Source: Trichoplax sp. H2
Taxonomy: Eukaryota
Reading direction: 5' to 3'
DNA length: 64,000 nucleotides
Assembly (NCBI GenBank): GCA_003344405.1
Contig: NOWV01000015.1
Location: forward strand, 124,001 to 188,000
In this document: one piece after another, positions 28,344 to 40,989 of the stretch
How positions within the stretch are numbered: the stretch's first letter is position 1
Layout of the letters: each line of letters opens with the position of its first letter
Program-made: the position numbers and the translations under genes
The notes under the pieces: model-generated
What the model was told of the DNA's origin: nothing
Seen by the model: only the letters and a program-made list of their open reading frames with translations
Databases searched by the model: none

Positions 28344-31300
28344 ATGAATCAAGCTTTTCAACAGAGTGGTGAAAATGAAAATACTTTCATGCCCATCAAG
28401 TCCGTCACCGACACGGTCTATTCGCCCAATGGTAACAGCATGAATGGCTTTCATAACGACTCTTCGGCTAACAAATCTATCTTGAAGCCAAGTAACAACA
28501 TCAATCTACAACCAAGTAAAAAGGTATTCCATTAATCTTAAAAGTATCTTATTTAGTGTAATATAGATAGCAGTTGAAATTGCAGTGTATTTAACATTTC
28601 ACTTCTAGTTACTGTAAGAAAATAGTGTAATCTTCAGATTGACATTGTGCCCTACTTTTTACAAGTACAGCACATCAACGTACTGTACTAGTAGCAGGTA
28701 ATACCATTAGATAGTCAATATTTATTATAATTATTATTATTATTTCAATTTTAAAAGTACCCCAATCACATGGGTGCATTAACCAGTTTAAAACGCACTA
28801 CTGCTACTATCCTGTTAAAAGCGAAAGATGATACCAGATCACCGTTGGTCAGTATCATACAGCAATAGTAACGCTTTTGGCAATAATACTCTACAGTTGA
28901 TTTCAAAAGGAGTCTATCAAGGACGGCACATTTAAAGTGCCATGATGTACGTTATAATTATGATCAACCTTTTCTAAGCGTAAAAATGTCTACGGTACTA
29001 TATGCAAATAGAATTGAAAAGATTCAGAAGAAACCCTTGAAAACTCCATGTGACAGTGGACACGAGATACCAATATCATTGGATAGTTCATACCTAGACC
29101 ATACCAACTTATACAGTAGACTACATAAAACGGGTGCGCATTCTTTACTTATGTAATTATTAACAGTTAGCAAAATGTTCTCTTTGATTGAATTCAATTT
29201 TAAACGATCAGCATTCACCCATTGGAAGGTAAAATGTACTTGCTATGAGTGTTGTCTTTTCTCATCTATATTTATAATACGAGTTGGCTATACACTATTG
29301 ATAAAGACTCTATGATAATGAAAAAAGTTGTAATCAATATTCTGATTGTCACATTTTATATACACATATGTATACAAATGGATCGCCATGACATGAAATT
29401 GTAAGCAATTTTTAGTATACAACCCAATATTCAGTATCTTTCACATAGTACATTATTTTGTTTATTTATATAACCACATGAGCAGATAAAGCATTTCAAC
29501 TTGGCAAACAGGGTTACTGTATTTTATTGACTGGAAGTAAATTTCGATAGTCTATGCTATGCCACTATCATTTGATTACACACCTTGAATTTATTTTTAT
29601 TCATGAGAATGATAGTTGATAATTCACAAGAGCTTTCCATGTGTAAATTATATTAAAAAAATTATCTAATTTCAAGTTGCAATTTATTTAATAAGCCATT
29701 AGTAGGAAATGTATATTTTACTTAACAAGACCGGTAGAAAGTATAATAGGCTTATGAACTAGTCATTATACTGGTATGATACAATGATTGCAATAATTTT
29801 GATTATCTTGGTAATTTGCAGCAGAAGTAGGAGAATACAATACAGTTATGTACTTGATGGAAGCAATGTGTGAAAGTGAAACAGTTCTCTGCCTTAGTGT
29901 AATGCATTACTGTAGGACATATCGATATTCTATTTTTTATTTTCAAGGCTACCAGTAGGCAGCTACTAGAATGCTAAACACGTAAAAAAAAAAAGTAAGA
30001 TTGAAAGTTCATTTTTTAGTCCTATTGATCTAATCGTCTACCGCGAATGAATAGTATACAAGTATTTACAGTACAGTCAGTAGTGGACATTAATAGTCAT
30101 GAGATTGTAAAATAATAAATTCTTGGAGGTAATTTACCAAGTGAGATTACCGTAGCAGTATTTATCGCTGCTACTTATTCCTGGCAGTTTTTCGATTTTT
30201 AAGAATATTATTATTTAATTCAGTGGTTAGATTAAAGGGATAAAATCCATATATGATGGATAAGCAGTACAGTATATAAATGATCGGTGGTGAAATCCAA
30301 TCCTTGGCCGAACCTATGCGTGCATATTGTAGCTGTATCATTTGTCATGCTGATTCCTGTCTCTACCATTACTGTACACTGTACAGTATGTTAATGCTAT
30401 CGATTCGATGTCAACTTGCTGATTGTCATCGAAGTATTCCTCTACTCCGTCTGCAGGTATGGACAGCATCCTTTCATGCAGTACTGTACACTAGAGTACA
30501 ACACATTTGTCATGCTGGTTCTTTTCACCATGGTGAATAAATACCGACCGTACTTTCGATTCATGATTGAATGATCGGATTACATCATCTACTTGTCAAT
30601 TTTCCTCTACTCTATCTGTCGAGTATATGCGTATACGAATTGTACAGTATAATAAATCCTCTGGGTTATTTTACCTCCATCACTTGGGTCACATTACTCA
30701 GATACTACATAGTGCATAGTAGGGATATTGAGAGTCTCTATTGTACACTTGTACCTATGATTTCCTTCTCTTTCCTGAAATAAGTACATTACTATCCCTT
30801 GGTTGTCCATGGGACGATTGTCGTCAAAGTTTTCCTTTACTCGATAATACGTCTGCTGGGCCTATTCTGCATGACAATACTGAGTTTAAGTCTACGGTAT
30901 TCCAAGGCAATTCCGTCCCTTCTCTACCATGCAATGGATACTGTACGATCGGTTATATACTGCATATATATTAGTGGTCCATTCAATGACTACTAACATG
31001 GTTTTCCAGACTTTATCAGTGGCTGATAGCCGATCGAGTAATATACAGTACAGTACTATATGGCGGCATGTGAATTAAAGTCTGCTCAATGACGTGCATT
31101 TCCTCCTGAAAGAATACATCGATGTACAGATGGAGCCAATAATAATACCGTCATTGTAATTTTATGAGTAAGAATCAAATGGTGCAGTTACTGCCGTGAA
31201 AGTCAAATTGCAGCATTTTACAGTCTACTCGTTGCTTCTTTGCGTCACCTTGTAGGCGAGTCCATTCTACTGATATAAGCTGTTTGGTTGTTGACTATCG

Positions 31301-34300
31301 AATACCGTAGCAGGCAGAGTTTTAGTTGGATGGTCGCTCCATCTTCGCAGTCGACCATTGCATTGTAATGACTGCATATAGGTGAGTCATTATGACCAGT
31401 AAAGATACTTTGCACTGTCCATGGTCCAGGTAAAAAAGTCCAAACATCTGCATTGCATGGGGTCCAAATCACGCGTGGGTACTCCAACAGGGCGGCGGAT
31501 ATGGCGTTAGTGCAATCGTCAGCCAACAATTCATTCTACAGATACCATCCACAGTTATCAAGTACGATTGCTCGACTCTTTATGACCTTCGATACTAAAA
31601 CCATGACTCAATCTCCAACTATAGCACTGTACTTGGCCAATCTACTGTACTGTATATATCTCCAATTCTATCGTCCAAGTTTTCCCTCATTAAGGAACGG
31701 GAGGGGGTAACTCCTTAGTAAGCGTATTTACAGTACAACAAATTGTCTACAACAGTATCTTTGTAAATACTGAATGGCGTGTATGATATTATTTACCATT
31801 TTATAACGACTGTACGTATAGAGTAGTGCTTTATTTTGTTTTCGTGAGCAGCATACTGTGACTCTGGCCTTCATCAGTACAATCGTCGACTGCTCAACTC
31901 ATCTTGGCAATTTTCTGCCTCCCATTTGGATATTATTTCGAGCAGTCTGATTGCAAGCCAAGCTCGTTTTTGCCCCTAGCCTAAAAGGTCTATAATACCT
32001 GCACCACTTTGACACGGTACGCCGGGCCCGGTCCATTCCGGTCTTTACCTGTATCCAGTATTCCAGTGTGGCAGCCACAAGACTTTATTCGATTGGGTAT
32101 CATACAGTACGTTGTAGTACTGTACACTGTAAAGTGGAGTGGAAGTACTGTACTGTACAGTACAGTACAACAATTAGTCAATCACTGTCCAGTACAATGT
32201 ACAGTACATTGTACAGTACTGTACAACCATGGAGTACTCAGTACTGTATGTTTCTAGTACAGTACTGTACAGTACTAGTCAGTCACCCATTCACAACAAT
32301 TAATCCATACAGAAGCATGCTGTACTGTCGAGGTACAGTACAGTACTGTATACCCGGCTCGGTCCTTTCCGGTCTTTACCTGTATCCAGTGTGGCAGCCA
32401 CAAGACTTTATTCGATTGAGTATACTGTACAGTACGTTGAAGTACTGTACACTGTAAAGTGGAGTGGTAGTACTGTAGCACAACAGTCACTGTCCAGTAC
32501 AATGTACAGTACAACCATGGAGTACTCAGTACTGTATGTTTCTAGTACAGTACTGTACTACAAGTCAGTCACCCATTCACAACAATGAATCCATACAGAA
32601 GCATGCTGTACCGTCGCGGTACTGTACAGTATGCCCGGCCCGGTCCATTCCGGTCTGTACCTGTATCCAATGTTGCAGGCGCAAGATTCCATTCGATTCG
32701 GCATCACACTCAGTACTGTACAAGTTAGTCACCCATTCACAGGAATTAATCCATACAGAGGCATACTATCGCTCGTATATTACATGTGCTATACTGGAGA
32801 GGTACAGTACAGTAGATGTAATCTTGTACAGTGTACAGTGAAACCTGTCCACTGTACAGTATATCGTACTGTACGCGGGACAGCGTGTCTGGTCCACAGT
32901 GTACAGTAGCGTATGTACAGTATTGTACTGTACATGAGGATAGAATGTACTGTAATCCACTCTGCCTTGCAACGAGTGACGCACACTGTCGCCGTTGTCG
33001 ACCCTGAGTCGAGTCAATGCGGCTATCGTCTGTTCGATACAACAGCAGAGAGAAGAGAAGTCAGTAGAGACGTACGCCAACGCCAAGACAACACTCTTCG
33101 GCGTGTTGATCAGCCTCGGCGTACATTTGAAATGATTTAACGGAATTGCGACTGGACTCCATTGCCTCTTTTGCTCTTCTCTTCTATCGATTCCTCTTGC
33201 ATATTGATGAAATTGTGTTTATTGGCCATTTATTAACTGCAAATCCATCCAGGATTACAAAAGACGTTGACTATCTTGATTTAAACGTGATGTATTCAAT
33301 GATTTAGGTCTACTTTAAAGAAGAAGTGGAGGTTGGTAACATCTCGCTTTCCAATTGTAGCCAGCCAGTGGCAATTCCTGCACAATCGCAAATTGAGAAT
33401 CAATCGCAGGTAAGTTAGCCAACGTAGTCAATCGACTTTACTACCAATAGATAGGATAGATTGTCGTCGTTATGCAGTAGAAATAAGGATAGCACAATAG
33501 TTCCCAATTGGGGGACCATGTTGGAAAGAGGATTCTTTCTTCATCAAGCAAAATGGCCTGTCCATGATGGCTGGCTGTTTCAACAAAATTGCAACACAAT
33601 TCTCTATCCATACCTTTCAAATCGTCTACTATTTGCTAGCATGTTAGAGCATGGGAAAAATAATATCGGAGAGCACGAGATAGTGGTAGTAGTCTTTAGC
33701 CAATCATGGACTTAATACTTGTAGAGATAACTCATGATTCTCATAACGCCATGGAGAGCGGTCAAACATGACTGACCGAGGATAAAAAAAAATGAAAGGA
33801 TCAAAGTGGAGAAATTGGTCATTGGCAACATGCTCAACTTCATCGTCAACACATTCCACTACGAGGAAGAGGGCGGTGATGAAATTAGACTAGTTGATGC
33901 TTCGGTTTCATGTTGAATAACGTCGCAAGTCTTTCTTGTCAAGTAGTTTTGAGTCAGACTCAAGGTAGACAGAGTAGTACTGTAGTAGTCTTGATAATAA
34001 TAACATTTTCCAGCACAATGCCATTAATTGGGGGATGGCTCAACTATTTTTCATCGTTCAGTCCAATGATATTGGATCACATCATTTTATATAGCTTACT
34101 ATGGCAAGCCGTGATGACTTTAAAATAAAAATTGGCTGGCCCTTGAAATGCTTTTCAATACAAAGCAGTTCTGTTCAACATTGACATTGAAAAGGAACTA
34201 CTACTTGTTTACGTCGTGCTGCTATTTTTCAACACGATTGTGTCAATTGTCAAATACGTTGATCAAAGTTGGATAATCTTGATTGTATTTTATTCAATAG

Positions 34301-37300
34301 GAATCACTTCAAAACGTCAATTGCCTTGATTTACGTCCCTCAAGGTAAATTATTCGCTGAATGTAGAGTAATTTATAAACGCATATTCTAATAGATTTAC
34401 AATCGATTGATCAATGGATTAAAGATTGAGTTGAGACTAATCTCAAATCATCCACCTATTTAATGATTTATACAAATAATTTATTTATCGACCAATCTTT
34501 TACCTTGGTCAAAACTGGTAACGATAGCTTTCTACATGATAACCTCATAGTTAGACTTTGTATTGAAATTACAACAAATACTCTATAGACGACTAGCTCA
34601 CTCTACCAACTTACTTTGACATCCACTTCATTTTAACCTACTGTAAAGGATGATCGATCGATCATTCATTGTCTTGATATAACTTGCTATACCAAAACAT
34701 AGTTTAGTCTTACATTGAAACCATTTCCTGCCTAGGAATCTATCTTTACACACATGTCAGCAATAGAGCAGTATTTTTATAAATTGTCGTATCAATAATA
34801 ATTGAGTATATCATTTAGACAAAGATCTCCTTCTATTTTATTATAGTGAGGAAGGTGACATGTCCACTGGCAATGTATCGTCACCGAAAAAATCCTCCGT
34901 AGATGATTTCTCGGAAAGGATTGCTAACTTAACTTCTGATATAGAAAAGATTTTGGGCCAGAGTATATCAAGCCCAACTGGTACACCCAGTGAATCAAAA
35001 AATAGTGCTATAAAGGCCAGACAACGATTGCGTAACCGGAATAAAAGCCCAATTAAAGCTTACACTCCAACAACGCCTGAAGGTATGGTGATTAGAATAG
35101 TTTGATTGAACGGAATACATAGTACATTGATTGCTTTTTCCTCATAATAACATGCCATAGGCATCGTTCACGTACACCATTTCTATGACACTGTGCACTT
35201 GTTAGAGATCGGGTGCCAAAGTTCAACTGAAGTTAATGCATAAAATTCAATGATATCATTTTGTGCTCATGCACTCCATGGAGCTATCCTTTCGATAGCC
35301 TAACACCAAGTAAATATGACTATACTATTCGATTGCCCCGCACGTCATATCACGCCAATTACATACAGTATAATATTACTTGGATGTTGCTTGCAATCAG
35401 TAAATGCACACAGTCAGTCAAAATTGATCAACATTAACATTGAATACCTACCAAGTTTCAACAGTCAAATTTTGATATGTACGTGTACAATAGTAGTATA
35501 AAATTATAAATTTACATGAATCTAAATTGATTTTCGTTGCTATGCCATTGAAGACTCTTTATGAAGCGGCTCCGTTATACACATTAAAACATCGGATGCC
35601 AACCCAAATGCAATCTGTGCATACCAATCAGCATGTTGATCAATCGGTTGCACTGGGGTCTACAACTGATTAAAGGTGCTATAAAAGTTGTTTCGTACAG
35701 TCATGCATGTAACCAGCAACACCTTGTTAATTTAATTCATAGTGGCTGTAAAATGTATTGCAATGGACGCAAAAGAGAGTCGATATTACAAGTATAATAT
35801 TCTTGTCTAACAATCAACGGTAGTGTTGCTATAGTAGTTGCTGATATTGCACATTTTCAGTATTCACAAACGATGCAGCTACAACTGATGCTATAATATT
35901 GATTAAATTTAGTTCAAATCAGGCAATATTCAGTTGAACACTAAAACACAGGTACAGGAAATATTAAATTAATCTATAAATAGTAATTAATGTATTCATC
36001 AAGGGATTTCAAACAGCTAATGAAATTAAATAGTAGAATACTAAAATAACCCCGTCATATGTTTTACATGACTTCTGTATCATCAAAATATGGTCGACCG
36101 CTTCGTAACTAATATCGGGTGATATAATTTACATGATTTACCTAAATCAGTACCTCTTACTAGAATGATTCAATTTTCTCATAGTAAATGATTATGCCGC
36201 TACGAAACACCATGTTTATGACGTCAATTCAATTTTACCAATAGATGCCCCTGCCAATCTATCCTCTGATATATCGGACCAGTCAATGGATAGTACCAAA
36301 ACAAGCAATGATTTCAAAGGACCAGCAGTTGCTGTAACAGTTAGTGACCAAGACGCTGATGGAGATATAGATTATAGCAATGTTAGCTTTAATCCAGAAA
36401 AAATAGCACAAGCGTTTGATTTTAGCGAAGCAACCGTCAACCAACAAGGTAATTTTGTACGGGTTGGAACGTTTCGTAAGAAAAAGACCGACAATCGCCC
36501 TACAATTATTCCCAACATTGAAAGTCCTATTGCTTCACCTACGGTTGCCGGCAATAGTTTATTCGTACCGAATAACGATGGTGCGAATTTTGCTTTGCCT
36601 ATCGCTCCCACAACTGATAATGCAGAAGATAATTTAGTAGCTGCTCCCATGATGGATTCAGGTCAAGGAAGAAATTATAGTAGTGCAACAATGATAAACA
36701 AACCAAAAGAACCAGTTAATCATACCCCAGCATCACAACAACAAACCGATGAAGATGAATTTGTTATGGCAATTGAAGAAGGCTTTAAATCAAGTCAAGG
36801 TTAGCAGTATAAATTTCTTCTACTATAGGTTACACTAGTAATATCATGCTGTAACTATACCGGGTGAACTAGGCTGTTGCTTCTGATACTGTGCCTGACT
36901 ACATTGGTCGAAAAGAGTCACTTCTAATATGTGCTATATACGTTGCTTGCAGCATTTACTCAAGAATTAGATTATCTAGAGAAAATTGGTACTGGTGCAA
37001 CGGTATGTTATTGATAAGGTTTTATGCAGCTGTACAAGTTTATTACGTTGAATAACGGTGATATCGATCGTGTAAACAACTTTTATATTAACTATATACT
37101 ATTATAGGTGCAAGAATCTGCGCTTGCTCGGCAGTCTTTATATGTTAAGTTCGATCCATATGTAAAACCTTCCATGAAAAGTATGTTTCAAGTTCCAGAT
37201 AGAGCTGATGTTGTTATCTCCTAACGATGATCATTGTTGACGTCATGATATCGTGATAATGTTATATATAATATTTTTATCTTGTTCCTATTTCCAGATC

Positions 37301-39547
37301 GAAATAAGTTTAAGCCTATGCCACCTTCCAAGTATGTTATTTACATAGATTGTTTGTCAATGTTTAGTACATGGAATGTCACTGTACGATTTCGAGATAT
37401 GACTAATGGTTATTTTTTGTATCGAATCTTGTAGTGAAAATCTATTACTATTAGAAAGTCCAAACTCTTACATGACCAATGATGAAACGCAACCAAGTCC
37501 AACTGAGCAGGATGTCTCCTTACCGCAGGATACCGCTGTTCAGCGATCCGATGTAGACAAACTTTTATCTTTCAGTCCTCAAGCAGAGCAAAGTAATACT
37601 ACAACAACTGCTACGGTACCTACTGAACCAGGCGAACAAGAAATTTTCATTGATACCCAACCCTCTGTGGCCATCAATCAGCCAGTGTCGATACAAGTAA
37701 TTTAAATTTAATAATATACCAGTAGCACTTGTTACGCAATATGTAATACTATATACTATAAATTTTGCACATGTTATACATTAACATTTCCAGCCTTGTA
37801 AGATACTAAAAAGCAATTCAAATTATTTTAAACTTGCAGCTACAAGAGACTCCAAAAAGTAAAAGTCAAAATACTGAAAAAACAGTATCTGACCCGAAGC
37901 CACAGGTTTTTACAGATTGATTCCTTAAAATTGCTTTTTATCCATGTATTTGGATGATAATATAGAATTAATCAATGGAAGCATTTCTTATTATTTTGTA
38001 CCTAAACGACTTAGATTGAAAATAAGTCAAATGCAACGGCAAATACTTCAGAAGAAATTGAAAACTCAGTGGTAATTGTCATTGAATAAAAAATTGCCTG
38101 ATAAAGATGTGGATTTGTTTATTACTCTGTCTCTTAACAATTGTAAACTTGATGTTTGATATTGCAATCTTAGACTGGCCCTACTCTAATGGAGACTGAA
38201 ATTGTAAGTCAACAGTTACAAAAGGAAAATCAAAGTTTACGAAAGGAAATCAATGCCCTAAGGAAGGGACGCGAAATGGATCGGAAGGAAAATGAAGAAT
38301 TAAAGTGCGTTTAGATGACCATTAAATTATAACTGAATAATGAAAACTAACTATTAGTACTAATATCACATCCAAATAAATCTAGATATGTTATGAACGA
38401 ATATGAAAGGACCATGAGCGAAATGATTGGTATGGAATTTTACTATTAACTAATATTTTAGTATTCACTCAATGAAAAATGTTCTTACAATGTAAAGAAC
38501 AGTTATGATATACTAATCCTTGGTGTACTAGACGTGTGTGATGTAAATAAATCTATTCGTTCAAATATTAGTTCTCGTTATTCGGGAATTAAATGTTGAC
38601 AATTCGAGGCTGTTTCTGACACAATTACTAGTCTTACTGGTATTTTAGCTTCTTATCTATCAAAGCCATACTCAAATGTGAAATTGATGGATGTTATTAT
38701 ATAGAAACAACAGAAACCCAAAAGGCTGAACATAACCGAGAAATTGAAGAAATCTGTCGTGAAAGAGACCAGGTAAATACCCATATGATGTCATATTTCC
38801 GAAATTGAATAGGTTTACAAAGTCGTCTTGTACCGTTTGATATGACTCATGTCTATAACAAATATACATAACAGGCACAAGCTGATATTAATTCTGTAGA
38901 AACAGCATTTTCCGATCTTCACAAGAGATATGAAAAACTTAAGGGTTTCGTTGAAGGCTACAGAAAGGTATTCTGAAAGACAACGACTTGATGTTTAAAA
39001 TTCGTAAACAATAATGTAGAACTATTTATATTGTTATCACTAACCAAAATAAATAATTGCTATTATCAAGAACGAGGAAACTTTAAAGGCTTGCATCGTA
39101 GAATATCAACAAAAATTGAAAAAAAGCGAAAAACGTTATCAAACTTTAAAGAATCATGCTGAAGAGAAAATTGATAGGTTTGCTATTAGCAGCAGTGTTG
39201 GCAGTAATCATAAAATTACCCTTTTTTTGTAGAAAAGTAAGCATAAACATTTCTGTTTTATCAATATAGCGCTAACAAAGAAATAATAAACGTCCGAAAA
39301 GGACAGCAGGCTGAATTGGCAGCTTTGCAAGCCGCTTTACGTAGGGAGCAGGCGAAAAATGCTGGATTGGAAAGTAGCTTAAAACAGAAGGTACTTTAAG
39401 CTCATTCTTGCTAGGATATCGAGAATTGTACTATTTGCCGTCATTCTGTTAGCGCTTTAGTAACATGTTGGTTGCATTTTGCAGGTACAAGAGAACGCAG
39501 AATTAACATCGATATGTGATGAGCTAATTGGAAAGATAGGAAAGTAA
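28344..39547 (+). CDS. TACC: Transforming acidic coiled-coil (TACC) family protein, multi-exon
   Basis: C-terminal TACC domain (ADINSVETAFSDLHKRYEKLK...NEETLK...RYQTLKNHAEEKI...ENAELTSICDELIGKIGK*, stop 39545-39547) and DYLEKIG..ESALARQSLYVKFDP motif. The 5' exons 28344-28523, 33308-33409, 34301-34344, 34847-35082 and 36245-36799 are phase compatible; 5' extent less certain. Confidence 0.88.
32010..32960. repeat. GTAC/ACTGTACAGT-rich tandem repeat, ~280-330 bp unit, about 3 copies, in TACC intron 1
   Basis: ggtct(t/g)tacctgtatcc recurs at 32041, 32371 and 32652; agtcacccattcaca and aatccatacaga recur in each unit; dozens of GTAC tetramers. Confidence 0.85.
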
Positions 39548-40989
39548 TCGAAATAACTTGTATATATATATAAAGTCGGAGGCGAGAACAAATTTTGGTT
39601 ATTCATTCGTTCCAAGGAATCCAGTGGAAGCAAAGTTAAATTTTATGACCTGCTAGTCACTGTACAGTTAATAATCAATATAATTCATTTTACAATGATC
39701 ATTAAGAAAACATTTATTTAGTTATATGGCCAACGCTCTGTTGTAGAACTTCCTACTGAACTTGCGTTCTTTTTAAGGCATAATTTGTAATGTATGAATT
39801 CTATGAAGTTGGAATGTTTCTATTTCAAATTTATCACCATACTTTATTGATCTTTTCATAATAAATTGTTGTTGAAGCTAATTCTTCATAAAGAAGCTGA
39901 ATTTGGAGATTACAATAATTGCTTCGCTTTAATAATTAAATTAAACGACATTGAGATGAAATAAATGGCATTTAAAAGTTATGATTGTTTGATAAAGTCG
40001 CTATTTGGATTTTATTCCGCCTGTTATGCAAGCCGTACAGTACGAAGCATGCTGTTCAAAAAATTTTTCAAAACTTTTACGTCATTATGTTATGCACCTT
40101 ACAATTATTACTGCGATAGCTGTAATGGATTTAATGACTACCTGATAATCGTACAGAGTGCATTTTTGTGCTCAAACGTCCAGTATTTGAACGCACTTGC
40201 ATCGGGCAAGAAACATCATTTACTTGGGAATATGCTATGCACTTAATGTTGGCAGTATTATAGAGCTAAAAATCAGGTCATTATTGCTCAAAGTAGTATT
40301 TAAAACTTGCAGATCCATTAAATTAGCTATTCATATTTTTAAGCCAAAGTTAATAAAACTCGAGTTAGCTGATCAATGATAATTACATAATTGTAGTTTA
40401 CACTTCCACCTATTCGGCTGTTCATACCCTTGATAAAGGAATGTTTATAAAGCATCCCTTGCTGAGATACGTACTTACACATCAAGATCAAAATGTTGCT
40501 AATTTATGAGGAACAAGACTGTGGTAGAAGGTATTGATTTATGAAATCGTATAATTAATTAAAGGATAATTCCATCGGTACCTTTCTTCCTAGTACTGAT
40601 TGAATGTTCGCTTGATGCTTTTGAATGCTTTAATTAAATTTTATAAAAAGGATTTAAACAAATTTGCAATTGAGAATTAAATTATTCAAAATATTTTCTA
40701 TTGTTGCCTCATTCTTATTGGCTGGTTGTACGGCATCAAATTATTATTTATATCAATATGTACCTTGGTGAGCCTATGGTAGTCATAGCAAAATAGAATA
40801 AAAAATAGTTCCTATCGAAAACTTTTTCCGTAAAGGTATAGTATCACATTTTTCTATCTACCGTTTAGAGAGGAAGGTTTTTCTAGTCCTATCGGAAAGG
40901 TTCCTGGGATTGGACTTTTCTAGTCAGCGGGAAACTTACCATTATAGTGTATTCTATCGATCAGCATATCGTGGCGATCCTTTAATTTA

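Noticed and set aside
32009-33140. Many overlapping 65-129 aa ORFs rich in Y/C/T/V/S
   Set aside because: They are translations of the stop-poor GTAC satellite, not credible proteins
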